In this document: positions 31,301-40,992 of the stretch, one piece after another
Position numbering within the stretch: the stretch's first letter is position 1
Layout: every line of letters starts with the position of its first letter
IMG/VR virus record: IMGVR_UViG_3300021400_001239
Coordinates: 3,188 to 67,187 of that record
Source: a virus
Taxonomy: Duplodnaviria > Caudoviricetes
Length of the DNA stretch: 64,000 bases
Reading direction: 5' to 3' (one strand)
The notes under the pieces: generated by a model
Database searches by the model: none
What the model was told of the DNA's origin: nothing
What the model saw: the letters and a program-made list of their open reading frames with translations, nothing else
Made by a program: the position numbers and the translations under genes

Positions 31301-34300
31301 CTTGCATACAAAGAGCTAGAACAACCATTATCTCAAATACGGCGTCCATACCTTTGCGTGCAACTTCTTCGTTAGACGAAACAAATTTACCGAATGCGAC
31401 AATCTCCGTTATCAGCACTCCAAGTGCTATCACAAACGAAAGAGGAACGAACAAATCCGTTACTTTGGCGTCAAGACTAGAAACAAGGCGAGTGCAAATT
31501 CCAAGCACGACCATTAATGCGCCGACAACAACACCGGTATAGATAATTTCGTCTGGCTTGAAATCCTTTAACTTCTCCATAGCTTTAGCGATCAGCACCA
31601 TTGCCGCAGCAAAAGCCAGAATCGATAAAGCACCACCTTGCGGATCACCGATTCTGTTAAATATCGAAATAGCAGCGTATGTGGCTCCTAAAGCAATCGC
31701 GATCTCTAACACTAATACAGCGATTTGTGCATATTTTTCTTCTGGAATTTTAGATAAAAGGAACATCGAAGCTGCTACGATTCCTATAGCAACTGCGATC
31801 TTAAGAATCATGTTGACTTTAATGCCGGTCTTAAATGTTGAAACAACAGAGCTCAACGAATCGAACAGTTTTGTGATTCCACCAGATAAACTTTTACCAA
31901 CACTAGCAAAGCTATCCGCAATTGACTGAAAAGCTTTACCAACACCGCCCCATGCATCCGCTAAACTCTTAAACTGTTTTCCCAATTCTTTAACCGTGTT
32001 CCTAACGGTAAGAATCGTCAAGATCATAGTTATCCTTGAAACCCAAAGATAAACGGTGTCAGGATCAAGCTTCGAAAGTGCTTTCGTGATTTCTTCAATA
32101 CCCCAACGAACTTTTTCCATCGCTGGCATATTCCACTTTTCAGCGAAAACACGTTTAATTTCTTCTATTTTTTCAGTGAGCGGACCGATCGCCTTCTCCT
32201 TAATCTTAGAAATAACATCGAAAATACCTTGTAAACCAAGGAACTGATATGACTGATTTGCGGCGTCCTTTATTCCTGATAGAGAAGCGCTAAAGTTGTC
32301 TAGAGACGAAATATTATCGTGCAATTTATGCACAAGTTCAACTAATGAGTCGAACCCTGGCATTTTGAAATTTTCAGAAACGACTTTAAACAGATCCTGA
32401 AAGAACTTAACAAAAGACTCAAGTGAAGGGCCGTTTTGCACTAGATTATCGACGAACTGTTTGACTGCATCAGCTGCCGGTATCGCGATGTTTTGTGTTA
32501 AGACTCCGAACAATCCGGATATAAAGTTTGTTACTTCTGAAAAAGATGGAATATACGCCGATATGTTTCTAGCAAACTCAACAATTTTATCGAATGCCGG
32601 AACTGCATATTTCTGTTTAATATTGTCAAAGAATGTTCTAATCGACGTAAAAGCTTTTTCGAAGTCGATTGCGTTGATCTTGTCGCGAACTTTTGTGATA
32701 GCGACGCCAACCGCGCCTCCGACGGTATCTAAAAACTTTGTAAAATCAATAGAACTTAATTTGTTTGCTGCAATGTCAATAACGTTGGCCAAAGACGTTG
32801 TAAAAAACTCGAATGCCTTTTTACCAGTCTCAAGTACACCGGATGTCTTTGGTAATTTAATATTTAGTTTATCGAGAAATGAAATGAACCTGTCAAAGGC
32901 TGGCGTTATCAGTTTCTCTTTAATCACGCCACCGAGGTTAGACATCGACGCGGCTAGTTTTGGTAATCCAGTAGACTTTGTGTTATTGCCTGCACTTTTC
33001 ACCAAATCCCCAAGGCCGACTCTTAAATTAGAGGCAGCATCGGCAAGTTTAGCAACAACATCTACAAAGCCTGAAACCAAATTGTGTTTATCGATAAATT
33101 CTAGTACCTTAGACGCAACGTCTCCAATGGCGGAAACGAGCATACCAAGAATATCGACAAGGCCGCTAAGATCGTTACCAATCGGTTTAACGATCTTGTC
33201 AAAAAGTTTTGTTTTTGTAATGGAATTTGATAATGCAAAAATGAAATCACCGATAGTAGCCGTTATGGATAATATTACAGAAATTGCACCATTACCAACT
33301 TTTGCAATAAGCGGTAAAGCCACACGTCCTATACTTAATAAGGCCGTTCCAAGAATTTTGGCAACAGAAAAGAGACCTCTAAATGTGCGTTGTAATTTGG
33401 AAATAGATTTGTCGTTAAGGACTAAGCTCTTTGAAAGAGTGTTGATATTTAGAATGAACCCTGCAATCTGAGCAAACAAAACAGGAGGGAATACTTCTGA
33501 GAAAGCCTTTTTCGCCGCTCCAGCGATCTTGGGTATGTTAGATAGGACATTAATTGCCGAATCAAATATCAACTTAATGCCGTAAAACGGGTCTTTTGTT
33601 TTCTCGAGAAGATCGTTCAGTGGTGTCCCAGACTCTTTTGCAACTTTGGCGAGTTCTCGAAGCGCATCTATTTGTTCTTTGGTATATCCTTTGGCCTTAA
33701 GTTGCTCATCAGACATGGCGGAAAGCACGTCAACGTTATTACTCTCGGCATCGATCGCATCGAGCATTGCGTCGGTGAAGTTCCACGTTCCGTCTGCAGC
33801 CTCGCGAATTTTGTTAACATACGCTTGTACAACTTCTGGATCGAAACCGGCTTCGGTTAACTTAGCGATTCTCTCTGCGCCGTTACCGTAATCGCCTCTG
33901 ATAGTAGCTATAGCGGCTTCACGAATCTCGTTAATATTCTTAACAGTTTCTTCGGTTCCTTCTTTCCCGAATACTTTGTTAAGAGCCTCCTTGAAAATAT
34001 CGAGTGTAAGCCAACCGTGTTTAAGGGTATCGAGAAAACTACCATCAGCTTCGATCATTTTATCGATCGCTATACCATGCTCTTCAGCGACATGCTTTAT
34101 AGCCGTTGTAAATGCATCAAGCTGAGTTTCGTTTAAACCGAGTCCCTCCATCATGCCTTTGGTTATAACCGATCCAGGAGACAACCCGCTCTTAAGAGTT
34201 GTAATTCCTTGGTTAAGCGTCTCAAAAAACTCTTTTACAGGAATAGCAGAAATTTTTTCCTGTAACCCCGATAGACCTTTAATTATGGCCCCGTCGACAA

Positions 34301-35351
34301 GATCCGCTAATGGCTGAACATTATCTCTAACCTCAGCTAACTTGTCTTTAACGATATTAAAGAAATTTACTAGAGGGCCTTCCTGCTCGATAAGGGGTGT
34401 ATAGAATTTTTCACCAATCTGTGAAAATCTGGCATTAACGTTACTAAGAACGCCAGTAAGTGTCTTATTAGCGTCCTTTGCGTGTTTGCCAAAAGTCTCA
34501 GCCATGGCGCTCGCAAAGACATCGAAGTTGATCTCGCCCTTACTTGTCCATTCTCGTATCTCACCTTCTGTAACCTGTAAGCCATTAGTGAGTTCTTTGA
34601 TCGAGGCACGAACAGATTCAGTAGCTTCTACAGATCCATTTTGAACATTGTTAAAATAGTTAGCAATAATAGCGGCAGCGTTCAAGCCTCTTGTCGATAG
34701 CTGAAGAAGCTCGTCGCCCATAAGACGACCTTTACCGGCAACCTGCGTAAAAATAGTCGAAATGCTCGAATACTCGGAGTTTGTTGTAGCTGCAACACCA
34801 GCAACACCAGCCAAAGTGCGTTTCATCTGCTCTCCGGCTTTAACGCCAGAAGTAGCAAATTGAGCAGCCGCCATAGCTGCCTGATCATATCCATAAGCAG
34901 TATCAGTAACCGAGTCTTTCGCGTTGGTCATGATCTCTTCGATTTCTTTAGAGTCGTCTCTAAGACCCTGTAACAGAAATCGAGCCTGCTCAACGTTCAT
35001 TGCTCGGCGTTTACCGCCTTGAACTATCTTGCTGGTTACACTATTAATTGCGGTAAGGAGATTGCTTCGAACATGCCTTGTAAGATCCATGATGTTGGTC
35101 ATACCAACTATTCCCAGTGTAGAAAACCGTTTAGTCAGTCTGTCTACGCCGGTCTCAATCTTACTAAGATTAGTAGACTCAGAAGCTTTAGTAATTTTTT
35201 CGAATGCTTGATCAGATCCTTTAAACTTAAGCGCTTCTTTAAGTCTCCCAAGCGTGTTTATGGAGGTCTGCGCTGCTTGTTCAAACTGTTGATTATTGAA
35301 CGACAGTTCTGCACCGAATTCGGCAACGCGCTTCTCAACAGTCGTACTCAC
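28350..35351 (-). CDS. tape measure protein
   Basis: About 2330 aa, Ala/Gly-rich helical repeats and many TM-like segments, follows the tail chaperones; GTG start likely. Confidence 0.92.
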   Translation of the reverse strand: MSTTVEKRVAEFGAELSFNNQQFEQAAQTSINTLGRLKEALKFKGSDQAFEKITKASESTNLSKIETGVDRLTKRFSTLGIVGMTNIMDLTRHVRSNLLTAINSVTSKIVQGGKRRAMNVEQARFLLQGLRDDSKEIEEIMTNAKDSVTDTAYGYDQAAMAAAQFATSGVKAGEQMKRTLAGVAGVAATTNSEYSSISTIFTQVAGKGRLMGDELLQLSTRGLNAAAIIANYFNNVQNGSVEATESVRASIKELTNGLQVTEGEIREWTSKGEINFDVFASAMAETFGKHAKDANKTLTGVLSNVNARFSQIGEKFYTPLIEQEGPLVNFFNIVKDKLAEVRDNVQPLADLVDGAIIKGLSGLQEKISAIPVKEFFETLNQGITTLKSGLSPGSVITKGMMEGLGLNETQLDAFTTAIKHVAEEHGIAIDKMIEADGSFLDTLKHGWLTLDIFKEALNKVFGKEGTEETVKNINEIREAAIATIRGDYGNGAERIAKLTEAGFDPEVVQAYVNKIREAADGTWNFTDAMLDAIDAESNNVDVLSAMSDEQLKAKGYTKEQIDALRELAKVAKESGTPLNDLLEKTKDPFYGIKLIFDSAINVLSNIPKIAGAAKKAFSEVFPPVLFAQIAGFILNINTLSKSLVLNDKSISKLQRTFRGLFSVAKILGTALLSIGRVALPLIAKVGNGAISVILSITATIGDFIFALSNSITKTKLFDKIVKPIGNDLSGLVDILGMLVSAIGDVASKVLEFIDKHNLVSGFVDVVAKLADAASNLRVGLGDLVKSAGNNTKSTGLPKLAASMSNLGGVIKEKLITPAFDRFISFLDKLNIKLPKTSGVLETGKKAFEFFTTSLANVIDIAANKLSSIDFTKFLDTVGGAVGVAITKVRDKINAIDFEKAFTSIRTFFDNIKQKYAVPAFDKIVEFARNISAYIPSFSEVTNFISGLFGVLTQNIAIPAADAVKQFVDNLVQNGPSLESFVKFFQDLFKVVSENFKMPGFDSLVELVHKLHDNISSLDNFSASLSGIKDAANQSYQFLGLQGIFDVISKIKEKAIGPLTEKIEEIKRVFAEKWNMPAMEKVRWGIEEITKALSKLDPDTVYLWVSRITMILTILTVRNTVKELGKQFKSLADAWGGVGKAFQSIADSFASVGKSLSGGITKLFDSLSSVVSTFKTGIKVNMILKIAVAIGIVAASMFLLSKIPEEKYAQIAVLVLEIAIALGATYAAISIFNRIGDPQGGALSILAFAAAMVLIAKAMEKLKDFKPDEIIYTGVVVGALMVVLGICTRLVSSLDAKVTDLFVPLSFVIALGVLITEIVAFGKFVSSNEEVARKGMDAVFEIMVVLALCMQGFRHLGSNPADLFAPISFVLALGILALDIVAFALIPETWYTTAYDRITVMGTLLVAAVAIMGMFSAGAANVLMPLAIVGSLLILAADIIVLSLIPIYLLVKGGAVAITALGVISIASGILLHIAGTSSAALGALAAPIGLALGVGLLAGAIVKLGLAYDKANLEAGFQIMLFTASVLVFATAAFNAALQNGINPGAFITAISVAIGVGLLCAEIVAVGKIATRDEINTGVEAMAAAAIALVGVSAFMSEIKLSPALVIAPLEFVIVFGLLLAEMILAGKLATNEDVVRAREMMLTAAGALVGTALILSQLQLNVGMLAAPLVLIATIYAIVEAIRKLGSMDQAEFAQGSQGIADALFGIAVAFLAMSAVAPQLDILAGTVLKLSAAMVVVGAAFVIASVGASILAFALQEMNKCDPETLRAGLGGIAIVIVAIGAAAAFAGVPSLALGAAFVLVGAGSLLFAAALSVLAGTIPAIVEQIKSLGQAFQQAGADIVNGAVGGVLQTGGAFVGGIADMAVSGFKAFVDFFGINSPSKLMEAFSAFIPEGAANGITNNSSVAEKAMKTMSTGMLSEYSNTLFGKGGIQEITKKVPKEAGVGVEGSSGEAGDYINNFSEYLKGQFDTSMFGDDAWAQMTAQLPSEVGSAIEANSSDATDALDKLKEQMGEEFDTQKILDSIGSSTNEIPSIIGSGISDNASDATSGVDDVMSLLQSTATTTAGNEKTKSAGKTFDDSLGKGIKANKSKVKTAAKDVAKAGAEAAKDTKDKWVDVGEALSDGLAKGVKNHAGKIESAAKQAARDAYNAAKRELKSNSPSKKTIELGKWFDQGLAIGIKRNTFGVVKSARVLAEGAISTVSDSLLSLSDLMSSDMVDDPVIKPVLDLSDIQNGSNRLYSMMSDMDRYSLHGNIDLATSTASSVESERKTRRDRDNDILSTLIDGLKALKEQNEAPRGNTYIIDGITYDDGSNVSTAIDMLVRAAKVGGRA

Positions 35352-35725
35352 TTTGACACCTCCTTCCACGCTTCTGCCAGCAATCTATCAAACACGGGCT
35401 GAAGGGCTGGATTTATATAATCGCGCCCCTCAACCCATCCACCGTTTCTGGTTCCGTGGCCGTACTGTAATATAACAGCTATCGGAACACCCTTATTAAC
35501 GTTATCGTTACAAAAACTTATTACTACACTGTTCGCTTTCTGAGTAATTTTGTAATACCATGAAGATGCCGTATTTCCGGTGTCAACCGGCGTAGCAGCT
35601 TTTAGTGCTTCAACACCCTCTTTGCCAAACTTCTCAAAAGATTGCATCAGTAGACCGCGCTTAATGTTATTTAAAAAAGAATCAAGCTTTAAGAAGTCGC
35701 CAGTTGATTTCCACTGCATCAACAT
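35348..35725 (-). CDS. HK97-gp10-like tail completion protein
   Basis: ATPVDTGNTASSW and QYGHGT..GGWV.G.DYINPA motifs. Confidence 0.7.
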   Translation of the reverse strand: MLMQWKSTGDFLKLDSFLNNIKRGLLMQSFEKFGKEGVEALKAATPVDTGNTASSWYYKITQKANSVVISFCNDNVNKGVPIAVILQYGHGTRNGGWVEGRDYINPALQPVFDRLLAEAWKEVSK

Positions 35726-35729
35726 TTTT

Positions 35730-36281
35730 TTACCCTCTTGTATGATATCTTTTCTTTCGAGCAGCATTAAGAGCTCTACGCTGTGCTGCCATATTGCTAG
35801 ACATTTTCTTATTTTTATCTGGATTGCTCTTTTCCGCACAAACGCGTATAAAAGTTATTAACTTATTTAAATGCCAGTATTGGTAACTTTCTGGTATATT
35901 GTATAAAGTCATCCAATAGTAGATGATCTCCGCGGTTACAATCTCACGTTTACCACCTTTCTTACGTCCGGTATCGCTAAACCACGTAGCGGTTGCGTCA
36001 TCGCTGATATATTCACTTACTTGTCTGGCATTCTCTTCTGTTACATACTCAAACACTTTTGGATCAACATCTGGCGTAGTGCACATGCACCGTATAATAT
36101 CTATACTCTGCTCAGGTGTTTTTTGTTTTCGGTCATCATGAAAAGGAATGTGCCATTTAGATTCCCATTTTGAAATCGCGGCAAGGCTATACTCGAGATC
36201 GACTTCAGCTCCCTTAACCGAAATAAATTTTGCGCGGACCGCATCCCATAGTTCCTGATCAGGGATTACTAGGTGTAGCAA
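35730..36281 (-). CDS. tail assembly chaperone-like protein
   Basis: LEYSL.AISKWESKW, TAEIIYYWM; position before the tape measure gene. Confidence 0.6.
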   Translation of the reverse strand: MLHLVIPDQELWDAVRAKFISVKGAEVDLEYSLAAISKWESKWHIPFHDDRKQKTPEQSIDIIRCMCTTPDVDPKVFEYVTEENARQVSEYISDDATATWFSDTGRKKGGKREIVTAEIIYYWMTLYNIPESYQYWHLNKLITFIRVCAEKSNPDKNKKMSSNMAAQRRALNAARKKRYHTRG

Positions 36282-36714
36282 ATGTCACAACCTTGCCGTT
36301 ATTCTTTGCTGCTTCTTCGATACGTTTATCAACATCGATCGCATCGACACTCTTCTGTACAGAAGCCACGATACCGTTGATAAAATCTGCAAACTCTTCA
36401 GGATTCTCGACAAAGCCCCAGATAAGCTCAGAGTATGCCTCGGTATCGCGAAACGCCTTAAGATACTTAGGATCCTTATCAAAACCTCCGTCAGGCGTTT
36501 TAACGCCGTAAGAATCTTTGATAAACTGCTCGATCATGACATAGGCTTCACGAACCCGCTGTTCGTTTACGAGCTGCTTGAGTCTGTCATACCAACCAGT
36601 TTCATCATGCATCTCAAGTTCAACAAGATCCGCTCTGGACATGTTAAACCAATAAGTACCTCGCTTTTCTACGCCGTTATAATCAACGTACGTGATTGTT
36701 TTACTAATCATGTG
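36259..36714 (-). CDS. tail assembly chaperone
   Basis: MISKTITYVDYNGVE.....WFN; follows the major tail genes. Confidence 0.65.
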   Translation of the reverse strand, partial: HMISKTITYVDYNGVEKRGTYWFNMSRADLVELEMHDETGWYDRLKQLVNEQRVREAYVMIEQFIKDSYGVKTPDGGFDKDPKYLKAFRDTEAYSELIWGFVENPEEFADFINGIVASVQKSVDAIDVDKRIEEAAKNNGKVVTFATPSNP

Positions 36715-36771
36715 ATTCTCCTTTCTAATAAAACAAAAGGCCACTCAGACTTTGCTAAGCGGCCTTTACAG

Positions 36772-37500
36772 TTAACCAGCCTTATAAACGGCAGATGTTA
36801 TATTTTCTCCGGTGCTGTCCAGTATCGACCGCCCGTTACTATCTAACAGATTTAAAGAGCTCGTAATAGTTGAAAGAATCTCTCCTGGGAGCAACATTTT
36901 CGGACGGGTTTTATCGGTTCCATAAAGTTTATCTTCTATGGAGCGAAGAGCGTTCCATAGCCCTCTTTTATTGAACTGCCGCGAATCTATTACAATAGCA
37001 CAGGTGGTCCGTTCGTCATCAATATTTACAGATAAGGCCGTAGCACTCCAGGTATATGTTTTTTGCTCTGGACTATCGTTTTCGGTCGCATTAGACTCCT
37101 CGGACGGAGACGTATATAGTAATGGCATCAAATGAAGCTTATAATCATCGACAGTATCAGTATCGTTTTTAACAAGACTTCTCCAGCAAAGTCCAAATGG
37201 AACTCGCGTTTGTTGTCCAATATACGCCCCACGCCCAAGCTCCACATGCCCTATACATTTGTTAAAAATGTCAGGATATGTAAACGCCTCGATCGTGAGA
37301 GCGTCCTCTTCAGGGCTCATTACAACACCGTAGACGATGTTATCAGCATAGATCTTAGTCGGTTCTGCACCTGATGGAGCTTCATTGATCGCTGTAATAC
37401 CAGACCAAGCTTCAGCTGAATTAGAAACGTATACAACGACCCTGTCGACACCGGTTTCGAAGTATCGCGATCCGTTTTCGTCCCACTTCAACTTGCTCAT
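36772..37500 (-). CDS. major tail protein paralog 2
   Basis: KLKWDE...FETGVDR, WSGITAINEAPSGAEPTKIYADN, EAFTYPD. Confidence 0.8.
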   Translation of the reverse strand: MSKLKWDENGSRYFETGVDRVVVYVSNSAEAWSGITAINEAPSGAEPTKIYADNIVYGVVMSPEEDALTIEAFTYPDIFNKCIGHVELGRGAYIGQQTRVPFGLCWRSLVKNDTDTVDDYKLHLMPLLYTSPSEESNATENDSPEQKTYTWSATALSVNIDDERTTCAIVIDSRQFNKRGLWNALRSIEDKLYGTDKTRPKMLLPGEILSTITSSLNLLDSNGRSILDSTGENITSAVYKAG

Positions 37501-37515
37501 TTTGATTTTCCTTTA

Positions 37516-38172
37516 TTAAACTTTGTCAAGAATACCTTTGATAGCCGCGGGAGAAGGAAGAGAAGATTCTTTGGTATCAGATCCGTACAGAAGATCCTCG
37601 ATCTCGGTGAGCTTAGCCTTAGCGATTTTGGTCGAATCGATAACAACGCAAGCCGTAGGATTGAAATCTTTAACAGATACCGGCAGAGTGGTAACACTCC
37701 AAGACCAGGTCTTCTGTTCGGGGCTATCATTGATCGTAGCGTTGTTGTCTTCAGAAGAACCGGATACACAATCATAGAAAATATGAATTTTATAGCCGTG
37801 AGACGATCCTTCGGTATCGTTGCCGATCAGGGACCGGTATGCAAGACCGTAATGCTTATGCGACTGCTGCTTGATAGTAACACCTTCACCGAGAGAGGAT
37901 TCGCCGATGCACTCGGCATATTCATCAGGATATGTAAATGCCTCGATCGTGAGAGCGTCCTCTTCGGGGCTCATTACAACACCGTAGACAATGTTATCGG
38001 CATAGATCTTAGTCGGTTCTGCACCGGAGGGAGCTTCATTGATCGCTGTAACACCAGACCAAGCCACTCCAGCAGTATATGCACCGGTAGAATCCATAGG
38101 AAAGAGGACAGTACGATCAACACCAGTCTCCCACAGTTTTTCGCCAACCTGATCCCATACAAGTTTAGCCAT
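37516..38172 (-). CDS. major tail protein
   Basis: KLVWDQVGEK.WETGVDR, WSGVTAINEAPSG, EAFTYPDEY. Confidence 0.85.
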   Translation of the reverse strand: MAKLVWDQVGEKLWETGVDRTVLFPMDSTGAYTAGVAWSGVTAINEAPSGAEPTKIYADNIVYGVVMSPEEDALTIEAFTYPDEYAECIGESSLGEGVTIKQQSHKHYGLAYRSLIGNDTEGSSHGYKIHIFYDCVSGSSEDNNATINDSPEQKTWSWSVTTLPVSVKDFNPTACVVIDSTKIAKAKLTEIEDLLYGSDTKESSLPSPAAIKGILDKV

Positions 38173-38184
38173 GTTATTTTCTCC

Positions 38185-38496
38185 TTATATAAATAGTATA
38201 AAAACGTCGTGATTTAAATTATCCGCAACATAAGAACGGTCGTAGAGGATATGCGGTATGCGAGAAACTTTCTCGACGATTTCACTGTCGGGATCTCGAT
38301 CGATTACCATTATCGAATACGATACGTCCTGTTTGTAAATAACATTATCCGCAGACACGTTTTCTATCCGATTTCGACTGTACACGATCGCCGGATATTT
38401 CATCTTTACAGACTCTGGCGGTTGAAAATATACCTCACGAGATCCAAGTATCTGGCAGAGAAGCTCGTGTAGTTCAAGACGATCATTCATCATCTT
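38185..38496 (-). CDS. tail terminator protein
   Basis: VYFQPPESVKMKYPAIVY motif; position. Confidence 0.7.
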   Translation of the reverse strand, partial: KMMNDRLELHELLCQILGSREVYFQPPESVKMKYPAIVYSRNRIENVSADNVIYKQDVSYSIMVIDRDPDSEIVEKVSRIPHILYDRSYVADNLNHDVFILFI

Positions 38497-38806
38497 CGCC
38501 ATTGTATACACCTCCTAAAGTCAGAGTCAGTCTCGGGTATGCAACCTCCACGGACAGGACTTTCCATTTGCTCCCCATGTAAGTTGCATATCTGATTTGA
38601 TGAAAATTCTGATATGCAAAGGGATCGGCTACGATGCTGAGGGTCATGTTAATATTCAGATCGTCGTTGACTTTCCCACTATTCTCATAGCGGCGAATGT
38701 TCCTCACGATATCGCCGTAGTATTCTCGCTCAGAAATCGTCGGAAGACTAACTCCTGGACGAATTTCCTCAGTTACACCGTAGCCTATCTTTCCAAAATA
38801 CTTCAT
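38483..38806 (-). CDS. head-closure (head-tail adaptor) protein
   Basis: MKYFGKIGY, SIVADPFAYQNF..IRY...MG.KWKV. Confidence 0.7.
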   Translation of the reverse strand: MKYFGKIGYGVTEEIRPGVSLPTISEREYYGDIVRNIRRYENSGKVNDDLNINMTLSIVADPFAYQNFHQIRYATYMGSKWKVLSVEVAYPRLTLTLGGVYNGEDDE

Positions 38807-39111
38807 TTTGAAATTCCCTTTGTTTTACTAAGATCAGGTTTTTTCCATTTCATCGTGAATAAAATGGCTCATATCTTTAATGGCCCATTTACCGTTAATT
38901 ACACCAAGAACCTTACCGTTGTCTGCGCTAGTGACTTCAGGAAGTTCAATAACGTTGACAACAATACTTCCGTCCTCGGTTGCGGATTGAAATGCGTCTG
39001 AAATCTGAAACAGTAGACCTTTTTCGGTCTTTTCAGTAGTGGTCTGACCAAACGCAGAAAGAATAGCTTTCAGCGCGTCTTTCTTCGTTTTATTCATGTC
39101 GCTACCTCCGA

Positions 39112-40992
39112 TTAGGGCTCTGTAGTAGTAACAGGCTCCTCAATTGCAATCGCAGAATATACTCTGGTCAGAGCGCCGGAGCAGCGAGTCTCCAGAAGGC
39201 TCTTCTGCATGTTGAAGTCGATGTCGAAATCGGTGAAGTGAGTGATCTCGCCGCCCTTAGTGGAACCAAGGCTATAGTCTGCCAGGTTAACAATCAGGCC
39301 GAGAAGCTTGTGATTATCGGCATCGTCGTCCTTACGAACACGATCAGCGAACTGCTCGGCAGTGTAAATGTTGCCGACATTGAGAGCAGAAGCCAGTTCA
39401 GCCTTGGAACTGAAGATACGACGACCGTTACGATCACGAGACAGCAGCATGACATTCAGCATATGAGGTGTCATGAAGAAATCGGGAGTGCCGGTTCCCT
39501 TGAACTTCTCACGGCTGTACAGGCACTGCTCGATCAGAGCCTCAGCGTAGACATAGTTATCGCCGAAGAAAGATCCGGTCTCACTACCCTGAAGTCTCGT
39601 ACGAGCATCGGCAATATCGAGATCATAGTGCATGGTATACAGATCGTCATCGGTCCAGATAGGACGAATATGCTCAGGGAAGATCTTATCGGCATCACTA
39701 TCCTGGCGGAAATCACCGAGCATGATCGCCATGGCCAGCTCTTCATTCAGATTCATACGATCGATGTTGTACAGGTACTGAACGTAATCGAAATCTGTGA
39801 TGTCAATGATGTCATCTCTATGGAGCTGAGACTTCACATAGACGGTCTGAGGATCTGTGGTCCTTCGTACCAGCTTGAAGTTGCCGGTCAGCTTCTTCTC
39901 TTTACCCTTCTGATATCCACGACCACGCAGGCTGTCCATTGCGCCTTCAATATTACGAATATCAACGTAGCTGGTACGGATCCTGGAAATGGGGCTCTTA
40001 TGAACCTTGTTAAGAACTACGCTGATCCAACCCTGATCATTGGTCAGAAGCTCGGGAGCGCCGGGACGAACATCCTTGTACTCAGGGAACAGCCAGGTAA
40101 CATTACCGTTCTGACTTGTGTCCTGAACAAAGCCAGAGCTGACTGCATCATGCTGGAGTTCCAGTTTATTGTCAGCGGCAAAAGTTGTAAGAGCAGACTG
40201 GAAAGTCATACCAGGCTCTTTCGCCATAGCCAGGATCGTAGTCTGATCTGCATGAGACAGAGTGTTGTGTGTATTGGATCCAGCAGATTCAAACACGTTG
40301 TGTTTCATTTCTTTTTCCTCCTCGGAGTCTTTTTCTTTTTTACTGTCACTCTCATCCTTGTTCTGGAACTCTGCGATAATACCGCCAACAAGAAGGTCGA
40401 CAGCATGTCTCTGCTTACCATCCAGAGTGTCAAGAACGTCTTTTACATTTTCTTTCTCGTCATCTTCGTCTTTTTTCTTTTCTTCTTCCGGCTCGTCATC
40501 ATCGTCGGAAGCGTGAGATATTTCATCGTCCATGTCGATAAGTGACATACCGGTAAAGATCTGAGCTTCTGTTACGGAATCTTCGCCGTTAATGTCGTGA
40601 GAAATAGTTGTAGGCATAATTAAAGCGCCGGGGTTTGCACCGGACAGAACCACACTTACTTCGCGGATCACACCATGTACAACCTCAGCGCCTCTATGCA
40701 CCAGATCACCAGCATTGATAGAGAGAGCAACAACATCGCCGTTCTTGACAAGCTCCCGTGTCGCAATGCCTTTTTCTGAATTATTTAAATAACAGTCTGC
40801 AACGACTCCCTCGGGTGCGTTATGCAGTACAGCATGACCGATTACAAATTCCGGGTCGTCATGCCTATGCTGCCACACCATCGATACGGTCTGACCATCT
40901 TGCTCTTTGAACGCATCTTTGCCGATTGTTCGTCCATCAGAGCATTTCAGACCGTTACGAGTCGCCCAACCTTTAAAGTCAGGTTTCCTCAT
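39112..40992 (-). CDS. capsid maturation protease and major capsid protein fusion
   Basis: N-terminal HK97-type protease (GWAT, WQHRHDDP, EVSVVLSGANPGA), acidic scaffold-like linker, capsid C-terminal domain. Confidence 0.85.
   Translation of the reverse strand: MRKPDFKGWATRNGLKCSDGRTIGKDAFKEQDGQTVSMVWQHRHDDPEFVIGHAVLHNAPEGVVADCYLNNSEKGIATRELVKNGDVVALSINAGDLVHRGAEVVHGVIREVSVVLSGANPGALIMPTTISHDINGEDSVTEAQIFTGMSLIDMDDEISHASDDDDEPEEEKKKDEDDEKENVKDVLDTLDGKQRHAVDLLVGGIIAEFQNKDESDSKKEKDSEEEKEMKHNVFESAGSNTHNTLSHADQTTILAMAKEPGMTFQSALTTFAADNKLELQHDAVSSGFVQDTSQNGNVTWLFPEYKDVRPGAPELLTNDQGWISVVLNKVHKSPISRIRTSYVDIRNIEGAMDSLRGRGYQKGKEKKLTGNFKLVRRTTDPQTVYVKSQLHRDDIIDITDFDYVQYLYNIDRMNLNEELAMAIMLGDFRQDSDADKIFPEHIRPIWTDDDLYTMHYDLDIADARTRLQGSETGSFFGDNYVYAEALIEQCLYSREKFKGTGTPDFFMTPHMLNVMLLSRDRNGRRIFSSKAELASALNVGNIYTAEQFADRVRKDDDADNHKLLGLIVNLADYSLGSTKGGEITHFTDFDIDFNMQKSLLETRCSGALTRVYSAIAIEEPVTTTEP

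Noticed and set aside
32461-33471. 336-aa plus-strand ORF and other plus-strand ORFs within 28-35 kb
   Set aside because: Antisense to the repetitive tape measure gene
35730-36744. Programmed -1 frameshift between the tail chaperones
   Set aside because: The downstream ORF has its own ATG (MLHLVIP) and I identified no convincing slippery heptamer at the overlap
39238-40545. 435-aa plus-strand ORF
   Set aside because: Antisense to the capsid gene; explained by codon bias on the coding strand
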